From the NCBI GenBank assembly GCA_010015805.1, contig ML978121.1:3720001-3784000 (forward strand): DNA of 64,000 bases, in the 5' to 3' direction. Made by a program: the position numbers and the translations under genes. This document shows positions 10,852-24,280 of this stretch, piece by piece. Origin of the DNA: Rhizodiscina lignyota. Its lineage: Eukaryota. Each line of letters begins with the position of its first letter. The stretch's first letter is position 1. The notes beneath the pieces are model-generated. The model worked only from the letters and a program-made list of their open reading frames with translations, was not told the DNA's origin and did not search any database.

Positions 10852-13800
10852 TCACTGAGTCTGCGGCAATAGCTTCGTCTTGCCAGCCAACTCCGCGGCC
10901 AAATTTCGCATAGGAGTGTTTGCCATGATATCGAAGACACTGACATCCACGGCAATCTCGCGCGCGATCCAGTTTCGCACCTCAACAGCAACGAGGCTGT
11001 CGACTCCGTACGCGCTGAGCGACCTCCCTGCATCGATATCATTCACTGGCATCATCATCAATCTCGCTAGGCGTTCGACCATGCCTGTCGTGATGAGGTC
11101 GGCTGCAGCGTCGACGCTGCCACACCTACCGAGCTCTTCCCGGAGCGATATTGACGATCCAGCGCCAGGGCCCGACCCTTGAAGGGAACGACTGCGGAGT
11201 GCGGCAAAACGCCCATCGCGGATCCAGTACCAGTCGTCGCTGTATTCGTTGTATGGCAGTCCACACATCACTTGTCCACCCTGGGCAGAATTCCACTCAG
11301 TCACATCGTTGCCGCCGTGGCCCTCCATTGCTATGGATAGCAACCCGTGCAGATCGCTGTCGTGCATAATCTTCAGTCCCATGGCTTTGATTTGATTCAC
11401 GTACTCGTTGTGTTCGGCCACGAATCCGGTACTCAATAAGTATCCAATGTCGATGGACATTGCTCGCAAACCATGGGTTCGCCTGTAGCTAGCGAAAGCA
11501 TCTTGGAAGATACTGCTCATCGTTGCTGTTAGCACCGGAATTCCTCATTGAATCACATGGACGAAAAAATCACGATGAAAGATGGCCACTTACTTTCCGC
11601 AGCCATAGTTTCCTTGTCCTCGATGACCCATCACGCCAGCCAGCGAGCTGAGCATCACGAAGAAGTCCAGCTCCTTGGGAAGAAGCTCGTGAAGATTGAC
11701 GGTGCCGTGGACTTTAGGCCCTACCGTCGTGCGTACTTGCGCGGCTGTCATCTTTTCAAACAGACTGTCCTGTGGCAATTGTCAGTGGTGGATTACTTGC
11801 CAATTTGACCTTCTGGGAGGATGTTTTGAGATCTCTGGGTGCCAACTCACATCTAATACCATGGCGCCGGTCACGCAACCTTTGATCTCGGGCAACCCGC
11901 GACAATTCTCTAGCACGGACTGCAACGATGCACGATCGCTTACATCGCAGTCGAATGCCAAAACGTTGACACCATAGCTTTTGCGCAGGTCCGCCGCGAA
12001 TGCGATATTCTCGGTGCGGCTGGCCGCAGACCTTGACAGGAGTACCAGATGGCCGGCTCCTTTCTCCGCTAGCCATCGGCCAATCTCTCGACAGATGCCG
12101 CCAACTCCTGCTATCACGTACGTTGCATCTCGCCGGATGCCAATTAGGGGAGTGCGAGGTACGGCGGGCACAACGTCACCACCGTCAACGCGGACAACTA
12201 TCTTACCCGAGTGCTTCCCCGTCTGCATGTACCGGAATGCCTTCTCAACTTCGGCGAAAGTGAATAGCTGAATTGGCTTCACTGGCTTTATGGATCCGTT
12301 CTGGATAAGACGAGAAACAGAATCCCAAAGCGCTATCGCCCTCGGCGTGGGGTTATTGTTGAATGCTATTAAGTTCACTCCGATGTAGGACTTATTATCC
12401 AGAAAAGGCTACAAAAGCCAAAGGGTCAGCACACCCAACAAAATCAAGCTGAAGCTCTCATGCCTGCTTGAGCCACGTTTAAGGATGGGGAGAGGTACCT
12501 TCATGTCCAGGCCTGTGTTAGCAAACAAATCCGCCTTCCCAATCTCCAGGAAGCGTCCCCAGTCGGCGAGACAATGCCACGACAGACGTAAGGCTTCTCC
12601 AGCTAGCGAATTCAGGACCACGTCGACACCACGTCCTTTTGTCATGCGCATGATCCCCTTCGCAAAGCTGGTATCTCTACTGCTGAAAATGTGGTCCTCT
12701 GGAATCCCATATTCGTCCATCAGCAAGCGTCTTTTTTCGTCCGTGCCCACGGTGGCGAAGATTTCGGCACCAATCTGTTGTGCAATTATGAGAGCGGCTT
12801 GCCCGACGCCACCAGCCGCTGCGTGCACAAGGATGGACTCGCCATTCACCAGGTTCCCTGCTGCGACCAGCGCTTGATATGCGGTGAGATACACCAAGGG
12901 CATGGAAGCAGCGTCCTCGAAGCTCATGTCATCAGGCATGCGGATGCCGCCCTTGGAGGGGAATCGAACAAAAGTCGCGAAAGCGTCGCCAGTTGCCGAC
13001 ATGACCCGGTCTCCTGGTCTGAAATCGGTCACAGCAGCGCCAACGCGTGTGACAATCCCAGAGACGTCGACACCGAGCTGCTGCTCATTAAGGTTACCGA
13101 GCGCGACCAACACGTCCTTGAAGTTGAGCCCGACTGCCTTGACACGGAGCTCGATCCAGTCTTCGGGCAAATCCGTATGATATGTCTCATCCTCTACCCA
13201 ACGGAATGTATCGAGCAGGCCCGGCGTCTTGACGACTAATTTGAGTGGGCGTCCGCATTCATTGAAAGGCGTTGGCTCAGGCTCACCATGTCCCTCATAG
13301 ATGCGCAAAGACTTGTCCATCTTTGGTGCTCGCTCGGTCCTGGGAACAAAAACAGTTTGGCCGCGCACAGCATATTCTCCGTCCTCGTTTTTTCCGCGGC
13401 TGTGCTCGAGTGCGAGACGAAGAATGGCGGGGGCACTTTCCTCCATGATGATCGAGTTTGGAGGGTCAATATCGAGATTGGCAAGTAAAACGCCGGCATT
13501 CTCATTGCGGATTGCACGAGAAAGGCCGACCATGAGCGACTGCAGAGGAGCGGTAGTCTCCATGGCCGCTCCACCTGTGATCCATAAGGTACCCGCTGCG
13601 CTGTAGATGGCCTCGCGCATTTTTTCCCAGTCCTCTTCTGTAAGGTTCGCAAGGAGCGGAGTTTCCCATTCGACAAGAGAAAGGCAATATTTCTCATTTG
13701 TATCATCGGCAGTCATTGTATCCCAATCTAAGACTGTTGCCTCGACGCTGGCATGCAAAAACTTCTCTCTGAGGACTTCGGCAAGCCGAACCGAAGCAGG

Positions 13801-16800
13801 CGAGGAAGTCCTGATGATTGCAAATCTGGTAGTCTGAGGTTGCACCACAGGGACTTTGGTCGACACGATGAGAGAAACAGGTTCTTTCGACGTGTCACAA
13901 TCTCCGCGAACATCCATGTCTACTCCCGAGAAGCCAGCATTCGTCAGTGCTGCATCCCATTCTGCGACATCGAGCAGCGGACCACCATTACGCCCATCGG
14001 TCGACAACCACCAGCCAGGCAAAGTCCCCATTATAAAGCCGCTAAAGATGCGCTTGATGGTTACTTCGGAGAGCACAAGCTTGCCGCCGGGCTTCAGCAG
14101 AGAGAGACAGTACGAGAGTGTCTCCTGGATGTCCTTGGTCGCGTGCAACACGTTGGCCGCGACAATCAGATCAAAGCTCGACGGCTGGAAGCCTTGAGCC
14201 TCGGGATCATTCTCAATGTTTAGCGTCTTGAACTCGAGGATCCCCGCATCCTTCGCAAAGCGCTCTTGCGCCTTGGCAAGGAAACCGGGGGAAATGTCAG
14301 TGAAGACGTATCGCCCAGCCCTAGACGTCCCATCTTCGTCACGCAGCCGCTCGAGTAGATGAAATGTTGTGCCCCCTGTTCCGGCTCCAATCTCGAGTAT
14401 GCTGAGACCGGGGGCCTTGTCGGCGATGAGGCCGACGTACTCGGCAACGTTGGTGTTGAAACTGGTGCCGAAGGCACCCCTGTAGAACTGATACAGAAGA
14501 TCGCCTTCTGTCATCACTTGCAGTGGTTCAATCTTTGAGGAGAAGATATTGGCGAGGTTTTCCCCGATCCTGTCAACCATCTGGAGTGTAATGTCGCCGC
14601 TGTTGCTTCGAACAATTCGCTTCCTTGCTTCCTCAATAATAGCATCACTATCCTTCGCCTCGATGGGCAGCGGATCGAATTGCTGGACAACTTCTTGCAT
14701 CCATGCCACGTAGAAGCTGAAGAATCCTTTGGTTGGAAGATATTCTTTTCCCTCGGCGTGGAACCAATCGAGAATGCGATGGATATAGACGAGGCATACA
14801 TATTCCAGCTTGTCCAAGACCGAGTCGTCATCTTGACTCTTAATGGTTCTTGTGTAGACCAGCTCCTTGATTCGAGAAGGTTCCAAGAGATCAACGTCTT
14901 CACGCCAAACCTGCTCGAAACAAGAGGCTCTTGTGTCCGTGGACGTTTGGTTGCTTCCTACTGACGCAACCCTCAGTCCTTCCATGACGATCAGAGGCTT
15001 AGAATGCTCCTCATCCATGACGGTAATGGAACTCATCCACGTCGTATATGATGTCTTTTGCGCACTTGCGAATCCGTGGAGCTGTACACCAGACTCCGTC
15101 GGTGTGGAGTTAGAAATGAAGACCCTATCGAAGGCGACAGGCACAACGGCCTCCCCGAGTGTCTGCTTCCCGCCGCTGATCGAAGGGAAGAGCAAGTGAA
15201 GAGTAGAGTCAAGCGTTGCCGGATGTATGACGCAATCATATTCAAATTCGAGCGGCATCACGGCCTTGGTGTTGGGAATTTTAATTGCTCCAAAGCTCGC
15301 GCCAGGACCAGCGAATAACTCCGTGATATTTCGGAAAGTGGGTCCATAGTACATGCCGACGGTTTCGACTGTGTCGTACAAGAAGCTGCTCACAGGTTTC
15401 ATGCAGCTCTTTTGGGCATCTTCTAAAGCTTCCATATGCCGTTTAGCCTCGAGTCCCAACTCTTGTTCCATGGCTGGAGATGTTGAAGAGTGGTAAACGA
15501 CGGAAACCAATCCCCGCGCATGCGTAGTCCATTCTTTGAGATTATCCGACCAAGAAGAAACAACAAACTCGTTTAGACTTGAGGAGGGGGCACTCTTGGT
15601 TCCGGTTCGTCGAGGGTGCAATTGAACGAGCACTTCGATTCCTTTCTCGTTGTCGGGTACCTGGAGTGCGTTCTCGATCATGACGTCTCGCAATTCGTAT
15701 CCGTGGATCTCATCACCAGGAGCTGCAAGCTCTTTGCAAGCCTCTACTGCCATGACGATCATGCCAGCACCGGGATACAAGATGCTGCCTTGGACTCGAT
15801 GTTCACGAATCCATGGATTCTCTCTACATCTCAAGAAGTTGCGCCAGGTCGGATCGGGGGTTCCAGGGATGAGGGACCCCAGGAGGTCTGTGCGTGGCTT
15901 GCTTCTTTGTCGATGGGCAAGGCTGAGATGGGATTCGTCCCAGAACGTTGTGGAATGATTCCAAGCATAGGGTGGCAGATCTACCAGCATCTGAGGCCGC
16001 AGTGGTGCCTCGTTCTCGTTGATCTCCTCGATCCGTACCGAACAGCCCTTGGCCCAGAGCTGGCCCATAGCCTTCAGAGCGGTTTCCATTCCATTGAATT
16101 TTCTTCTTAACATCGTCGCATAGGTGAAATTCTCCGAGTTACCAGAGGCGCCGAAGATATCCAACATATAAGACCGCAGGGCGGAATGCGGCCCGACTTC
16201 CAGAAAGATGCTGGCATATGTTTTTCGCTCGTCCGATTGCTTCTGGGCGCCGGAATAGCTCATCAAAGACTGCATCGCGGCCACAAAGTTTACCGGCTTG
16301 GCTAGATTACCAACCCAATAAGACGGCTTCATCCGGTCTGCGGAGACCAGCTGCCCGGTGACAGAAGAGAACATGGGGATGGTCTCGTTGCGCGCCTCAT
16401 GCGGAACTGAAGCAAGGGCCGCTTGATATTCTTCAGTTGCGCTCTCCATATGGAACGAGTGATATGCGACGTTCATCGGGAGACGTGCGCACGGCGTCTT
16501 TTCCTGCTGGAGTATTGTCTGCAATTCGTCGATTGCCTCCTTGTCGCCAGAGATGGTGCAAGCCTTAGAGCTGTTATAGCAGCCGACGATTGCTTTGCCC
16601 TGGGTAAGAGTCGCCAATCTCGGCTCTATCGAGTCGGCACTGACACCAACGGCTAGCATGCCTCCAACGCTCCCCTTATTCGAGACAGCGGCCGACACTT
16701 GACCTCGTAGCCAAGCGACTTCGATGGCAGCCTCGTGACTAATAAGGCCGGCGCAATAGGCTGCCGCAATCTCGCCGGAAGAGTGCCCGACTGTAGCGAA

Positions 16801-19203
16801 AGGTCGCACTCCCCAAGCAGCCAAGAGATCAACGAGCGCGATTTGTAGAGCTGTACATGCTGGCTGCGAATAGTCTGTCAAACGTAGTTTGCTGTCTGCC
16901 TCCTCGCGCCCCAGCTCTTCTAGTAGGCTCCATGGGCAGCCCAGAGACGTCAAGATGGTCTCTGAGCGCCACATGCTGTCGTGGAACGCTTTGAAAACAT
17001 AAAGGCCTTTGCCCATAGCGAACCACTGCGCACCTTGCCCGGTGAAGACCAAGGCGAGCTTGGGGATATCTGTACTGGAGGAACGGACTGGAGGAGCAAT
17101 CTCCGAGAGGGCCTCTCGTAGCTGTGGGATACCTGAGGCGACAACAAATGACTTCCAGGGAAGAACGGAACGCTTGGAGGAGAGTGTGTAGGCGAGGTTG
17201 TTCAACAGAGTGCTGTCGTCCGCAACGTCGTCCTTGTCATCAAGGTATCGTATCAGCCGCTCCACGTTTCGCGATACGCCTTCTCTATCATGTGAAGATA
17301 AAACAAGGATTCGTGACTTGCTGAGGGATGCTGAGTGGTGGCTGTCACCATTGGTGTGGCCGTTCGCATCTCCATTGACGAAGCCATTTTCAAAACCGTT
17401 TGCATGGCCATTTACTAAGCCATTGGAATGGCCATTTTCTAGGCCGTTTGCAAGGCTATTGATGACCGAAGGAAGAGTTGGATGAATGATTGTGGCATGG
17501 CGCCCCTGGAGGCCATTACGAGCGAGGTACGATGCGGCATCTTGGATGAGGACGTGCACGTTGGCTCCACCGAAACCGAACGAATTTACGCCTACTCTTC
17601 TCTCGGAGGCAGTGCCCGGCCAGCGTGTGAGTTGTAACGGAACCTTGACGTTCTCCGGAAGTTCAATTTGGGGATTGAGCTTTTCGAACCTTTACAAACG
17701 CTCCTCAGCAAAAGATTCACAGTGTCCAGGCTTTGGTACTTACCATATATTCTGTGGAATCAGCCCTCGCTCTGCTACCAGAGTAGCCTTGATTACACCA
17801 GCAATTCCTGCTGCGCCCTCGAGATGACCGACGTTGGTCTTAACAGAGCCAACATACAGATCCGTCGTCCGGTCGGGCCGACAGTGCGGAGAAGAGCCTT
17901 CGCCTCCAGCGGATCGCCCGCCTGCGTACCTGTGGGGGAAAAGACCAAAGTCAGGTGAAGCTTACTTTGGGAGGTCCTCCAAACACACGTGATACGAATA
18001 GGTAGATTTCAACATACCAGTGCCGTGAGCTTCGACGTAACCTGTTTCCGATGCAGGGACACGCGCCAGCTCGTACACCGTGCGGATAAGCTCCTCCTGA
18101 GCCTCGCTGCTTGGTAGCGAAATGCCCGGCGTTCTTCCATCCTCGTTCGCCGCCGACGCCAACACCACGCCACGGATCGTGTCGCCGTCGCGTACTGCGT
18201 CTTCGAGCGACTTGAGCACCGTAATGCCGAAGCCCTCGCCACGCGCAAAGCCATTAGCTGACGCATCCCACATTTTGGACTTGCCCTCTGGCGAGAGAAT
18301 CTTTGCAGCACCGAGGAGAATTGACATGTCCGGCAGGTACACGAGATTCGCACCGCCGACAACGCTCTAGAGAAGCAGGCTTCAGTCAGTCATCCCAGTG
18401 TTGAAGCATGGGAAAACCCACCATCTTGGCTTCGCCTGTGCGAATACTCTGGCAGCCAAGGTGAAAAGCGGACAGGCTGGATGAGCAAGCCGTGTCCATC
18501 GTCATGCTGGGGCCTCTTAGGTTGTAGAACCACGATAGCCTATTTGAGGCCAGGGAGTTTGAGAGACCGGTGGCATCTCCAATGTGGCCTCCTGTTAGCG
18601 AACTGGGCTTTCACGATTGCCATGCTGACTTACGGTACATAGAAGGGCCTGCGTTGTCGCGAAACTGTAAGTTCACGAAGTCGCCGGTAAATGTACCGAT
18701 GTAACATGATGTCTTGCTGCCGCTGACTTCATCCAGCGAAAGCCCGGCTGTATTCCGGTGTAATGTTAGTACAGCGTAGATTTAGTCTGCTTTTCGTGAG
18801 GAGTAGACACTGACCGTTCTCAAATGCCTCGTAGGTCGCTTCCAGCAACATCCTGTGTGCTGGATCCATCGCCCTAGCCTCCTTTGGCGTGATGGAAAAA
18901 AAGGGCGCGTCGAATACTCTGAAGTCCTGCTCCAGGAAATGGCCATGTCTGCGCCGCAATCATATGGTCAGGCGCAATGTATCAGCAGTGGGCGGGGATG
19001 ACTCACCGAGACTGAACGCTTCCAAGTCTGTCGACATCTGGATGATAAAAACCTTCGGCATTGAAGCGGTCCTTGGGGATCTCGACTCTCGCTGATCGTC
19101 CGTCCTTCAGCATCTGCCAGAACTTTTCTGGATCTGAGCCATCCCCAGGACCGCGCAGGGCCATGCCCACGATTGCAATTGGTTTGTATTCAAGGGGCGC
19201 CAT
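10852..19203 (-). CDS. Highly reducing iterative type I PKS (KS-AT-DH-cMT-ER-KR-ACP), multi-exon; 1-nt frameshift in KS as given
   Basis: [113 protein letters not shown]. Several GT-AG introns traced. No TE, R or C domain after the ACP. Confidence 0.96.
17340..17460 (-). repeat. Degenerate 12-nt tandem repeat encoding an NGxx linker between PKS KS and AT
   Basis: Translation reads [36 protein letters not shown]. Confidence 0.8.
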
Positions 19204-19689
19204 TGTGAAATTCGGACGGACTTCCTTTTTGGTTGGTATATCTAATGATATAAATGCTCGGCAGCACTTGCCCGCCGCTGGATTTCTCGGGAAAGAGTCT
19301 TCACACATATATATACACATTCATTCATCCTGGAGATGTGGTATCACTCCACGTGCTGTGTGTTGAAGCACACGTGCGGCTCCGCCACCTGAAACAGCCC
19401 CAGCTTCCGACTTTCCGCAAGATATGGATAATGAGGATAAGAATCATCGGTGAGCTGTTTTTCGGGCTACATTCTCATTACAGCAAGTTACGTCATTCAC
19501 TAAACCAATCCCGAGTGGTGAACCCAGTCAGATTGTACCTTCTTAGTCCGGCAGGTACATAATGCAGGGCAGGGAAACTTGTATAGATCAATACAAGAAT
19601 GGTATCCTTAGATTACAAGACTTCCTTCAGACATACGCGTCCTACCACTTCCATCCATTCTACTTATCAATCACTTGCTCACCGGTAAA
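19204..19689. promoter_or_regulatory. Bidirectional promoter region between the PKS and the FAD oxidase, with two CACGTG E-boxes
   Basis: Head-to-head ATGs at 19203 and 19690. CACGTG at 19350 and 19371. Confidence 0.6.
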
Positions 19690-21380
19690 ATGGCAGACTC
19701 AGTATCTGCCGAGAAATTGAAGGCCGAACTTGCATTACGACTCACAGCAGGCGCCACCATATCTTTGCCAGCCTCTACTGAGTTTCAAGATTGCAACCTT
19801 CGATTCACAGACTATGGACGCCCGGTTTGTCACAGCTCGCTGAGCCCAAAACCAAGCTATTCCAAAAGCTGACTTTACCGCCGCAGACGTACATTGCAGC
19901 TGTCCGCCCAAACTGCGAGGCAGATGTCGTCGAGACGGTCAAGTACGCACGGGAGATGGGCATCCCATTTGCCCCACGCGCAGGTCACCACTGCGTCACT
20001 ACGTCCATGCGGCATCTGCAGAACGGAATCTTGATTGATATGCGGCCGCTGAGCAGCATGAGCTTTGACGCTAATCGCAAAGAGGTCACTGTTGGTGGTG
20101 GTACGTTGACACTAGACTTTGTTCGTTTCCTCGATGAGCATGGCATGGAAGTCAGTGAGTGTTCCAACAATGCCGATGGTCAGCTGTTGACGGAGCTAAC
20201 TCCATCTGCTAAGCTGTTGGATCCTGCCCGACTACTGGAATAATCGGAGTGGCCTTTGGCGCCGGTCTCGGGCGCCTTCAAGGAAAATATGGCTACCTGC
20301 ACGACAACCTGGTCTCCTGCAAGCTCATCCTTGCTGACGGCTCCGTTGTCACCGTTTCGAGGGACGCAGATCCAGATCTGTTCTGGGGAATTCGTGGCGC
20401 CGGGCACAATTTCTGTGTCGCGCTGGAGGCAACCTTCCGGGTGTATCCTCAAGCAAACGACGGCATTCACTTATCCTGGGACTTTGAGTATTCGTTGGAC
20501 CAATGCGAGCCAGTTCTGGAGACCGTGAACACAGTGCATGAGACTATGCCGGCCGATCTTGCCATATTCATCGTCTGGGTCAGACGAAACAAATCCGGGC
20601 AAAAAGTAAGTACTGCACCCTTTCATGGTGGGCTCGGGGAGGTCCTAATCGGTTTTTCCAAGCATCTTATATTAGTGAACATTGTTTCATCTGGAAAAGA
20701 AGCAGAGGCCGCGCCATGGATTAAGCGATTCAGCAACCTAACGCCAGTGACAGCCAGCGCGACCAGGGCAACATGGTCTGAATTACCCTGGGTGACGTAT
20801 GGTGGCATGAACAAGGTGCTTAGCAAGCCGGAGGTGTGGAGTCAGGCGCCGTACAAGATGATGGGGGCGGTAAACGTGGAGAAGTTCGATGTTGCGACAA
20901 CCAAGGCATTTTTCGAAAGAGTCGCAGCAATGCAGGAAGCGTGGGAAGGAAGAGGTTTGTTCGGGGCCATGTTCGAGTGCTTGCCACACCAGCAGGTCCG
21001 TGCAATTGCTGCCGACGAGACTGCATACCCGTGGCGATGGGGTTCGAACCACTTCTTGTAAGTGCCTTCTGCAATGTTGTGCTTTCCTCGAGAAACTGTC
21101 ACTGAGATTCTGCAGGATGATGACTGCAACTCCATTTTCTCTGAGCGATCGTGAAGCATTTGAAAACCACCTCGACGAGTGGAAAGCAAAGTTTACAGAA
21201 GTGTCGGGCTATGGTCGGCTTCAGCAATATGTCAATTACGGCAACTCGACGTCCACAAAACAGGATCCGCCGGAAGCTCTCTACGGATATGAACCGTGGA
21301 GGCTGGAGAAGCTGAGGGCGTTAAAGCGGAAATACGACCCGACGAATGTCTTCCGGTGGTATCAGCCTCTCATCGAGTGA
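19690..21380 (+). CDS. BBE-like FAD-dependent oxidoreductase (FAD_binding_4 + BBE domain), 5 exons
   Basis: RAGHH (RxGxH flavinylation His), spliced VGSCPTTG, PDLFWGIRGAGHNF, and C-terminal YVNY...LRALKRKYDPTNVF. Confidence 0.92.
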
Positions 21381-22553
21381 GGTTGAAATGGGACGTCCAG
21401 AAAGATGGGAACTCAGCACGGAAACTCGCCCGGGGAATTGCATGAAATAGTGGATCGACTTTTAGTCAATTGCAATGAGAAACAGGGAAAACCTTATCTG
21501 AGACCATGCTCTAATACATGCGTCGGACAAGCGTCCTTGTCCTCGATTCTTTTGGAAAGGGCGTTGAAAGATGCACACGGAATGTACCGCGCAGCGAAGG
21601 TAAGTATAAGGTTTGTCGATCCCAAGCTTAATGCAGTGATCCTTCATGCTTGGCACGCAGGGATGTTTTGCAATGTATAAAGCGGGGACTGGGCCCCTTG
21701 CCGCGTGAGATTTTGATTCGACCAATATCCTACTTTGCTCCGACACGTGCCTCAGTCTTTTCTGTCTATATAGCACACCGAGCCCCATTCTTTTCTTTTC
21801 TTTTGCCTTGAAAGAATACCCAACTTCCACTTTTCAACATGAGTTACGTGTGCTGCATATGCGGTAGTCGAAGCGCCAGCTAAACCCTCTCTAGAGCGGG
21901 CAAAAATACTCTACCGCCCCCGGTCCCGTCGAGGGATATCGAGCGGAACCATCCTCTCTCATCTTCGCATCTCCCATAATTCATCATGATGATGGTGTCG
22001 TGCATGTTCACAACCTATGCTTCCTTCACTTTACCTTCATTCCCCACCCCCACCCCCACCTTCGCCAAGATTCCCCCTCTTGAAAAGGGTAAACCCCAGC
22101 ATCAACTTCATGTCAATCAAGGAGAAACATCTTGTGCGCAGATCAACTGCAGTCAGCAACAGTAGAAGACATGTTTTCTCTCGTTTGCATGCATGCTAGC
22201 GTAGAACTTCAGCTTCCTGGAGGACTTTGGACTCCGCCAACATCTGTTTCATTGAAGCAGGAATGCGAGCCCGCGCAGCCGTACGCTGCCAGCACTTCGA
22301 TCACGATACCCCATGGAACTTGCTTCCGAGCGCAGACAGGGCTGCACTGTATCACGGGGGAAGGCGTTGCATCGAAGCTTTGCAAGCATTCGGACAATGA
22401 CACCAGCGCGCGTTCATCTGCCTATCTTGAGCTAGGTGCGATCTCTTCATCTGAGCAACAGCCATCTGCTCCGGTAGGCTCTATTTATTTCATCATTGTT
22501 CACTTGTAGCAAAATTAACATTACCGTGGCTCCCTCTTTGTATGGTTTTCAAC

Positions 22554-24280
22554 ATGGCTCCTTCAAACGACGTGCGTGCCGTACTTGCGTACATACCTAA
22601 GCCGACCCTGAGCAACATCTTCCTCGGCTTCTTGGGGCTTGTAAGTCTTTTCAGAATCACACTTAAAGAATTGTCGTGGATTGCTAACCAGAGATCAGTC
22701 AATCGCGTATTTCTGTCTGAATATTATCTACAACTTATATCTTAGCCCTTTACGTCGATACCCCGGCCCCAAGCTTTGGGCAATCTCCCGCATTCCATGG
22801 CATTGGGTAAATTTGCAAGGCCGGATAGGCTGGCGCCTGAAAGAGCTACACGAGCAGTACGGCCCCGTCGTGCGTATCTCCACCGACGAACTTTCTTACA
22901 ACACCTCCGGAGCATGGAGGAAGATCTACGGGCAGCGAAATCCAGAGTTCCTCAAGGCTCTGGATGGCCGTGGGATCGCGCCCGCTTCGCTGCAAGGCCA
23001 TCGTACATTGCTGCTTGTGGGGACGGAGCAGCACGCAGATCTTCGCCGTGCTATTCAGCCAGCCTTTTCAGATCGTGCCTTGCGCGAGCAGGAATCATAT
23101 TTCATTTATCACTCCGACAATCTAATCAAACAGCTGCTCAGGCACTGCAAGGAAGGTCCTGTGGACATGGGTCACTTTTACCACCTGGTTGCATTTGATA
23201 TCGTCTCCGGTACAGTTGCCCCTCTACACTTTCTTCCCTTTCTCTTTCTCTATGTAGTTACTGACAGCCAGGTTCCTATCAGATCTTGCTTTCGGGGAGC
23301 CTGCCGGCAGTCTTGACAATGCCGACCAGCCGTGGCTCAATATCATCATGACGCGAAGACGCACAATCCCATATATTCAACTCGCAGTCTACTACGGATT
23401 CTTTGACCTCTTCCAATGGATCGGACCGAAAGCGGCCACTGAGTCCCGAAAGAAGCACCGAGCGCTAGCAATGCAAAAAGTGAAGAAACGACTGCAGGCT
23501 ACCGATTCCGGGAAGGATTTTATGTCCTACATCCTCGAGAATGGTGACAGTCGGCTCGCCGAGATTGAGTTGATGATGCTAGCCAGCACCTTCATCACAG
23601 CCGGAAGCGCAACTTCAGCTGGAACCATGACTGGACTGCTGTACCTTCTGATGCGGAACCCGGCAAAGCTAGCTCTCGTCCAGGATGAGATACGCGGCAT
23701 GTTCTCGTCGCAGGATCAGATTACACCGACCAGTTCAGGGGCGTGCAAGTATCTCACAGCGTGTCTTGAGGAGACTCTGCGAATGTATCCCGCCACGCCT
23801 TCCACGCTGCCCAGGTTTGTGCCCGAGAACGGCGAGATGATTGAAGGCTCTTGGGTGCCGGGAGGCACCGCCGTTGGCGTGAACCAGCTGGCCGTCGGGC
23901 GCTCCGAGCGGAACTTTCGGCGAGCTTTGGAGTTCATTCCGGAGCGGTGGCTGCCGCTGCCGCCAGGGAGTGAGTTCGAGAACGATGATCGGGCTGCCGC
24001 TCAGCCATTTTCCTTTGGTCCGAGGAATTGCATTGGTAAACCGTAAGTTCTCACTTCGATTGCTTGTTAAAGGAGTCTGCCTTTAATTTGATTTTGCTCG
24101 CTAACGACTGCTGGGAACCGCAGCATGGCATGGACTGAAATGCGTATTGTCATGGCAAAGATGATCCTCAACTTCGACTTTGAGCTGGCTGATCCGTCGG
24201 AAGACTGGTGGAACAAGCAAAAGACCTATCTGGCATGGGAAAAGATTCCATTGATGGTGAAATTGCACCCGCGAATCTAG
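22554..24280 (+). CDS. Cytochrome P450, CYP65-like, 4 exons
   Basis: YNLYLSPLRRYPGPKLWAISR, YGPVVRI, EETLR, PERW and heme motif FSFGPRNCIGK. Introns about 22641-22698, 23210-23282 and 24043-24123. Confidence 0.93.

Noticed and set aside
17340..17460. NGxx repeat as a novelty
   Set aside because: A common low-complexity linker in fungal PKSs.
21405..22509. Short ORFs between the oxidase and P450-1
   Set aside because: No motifs; likely intergenic or promoter DNA.
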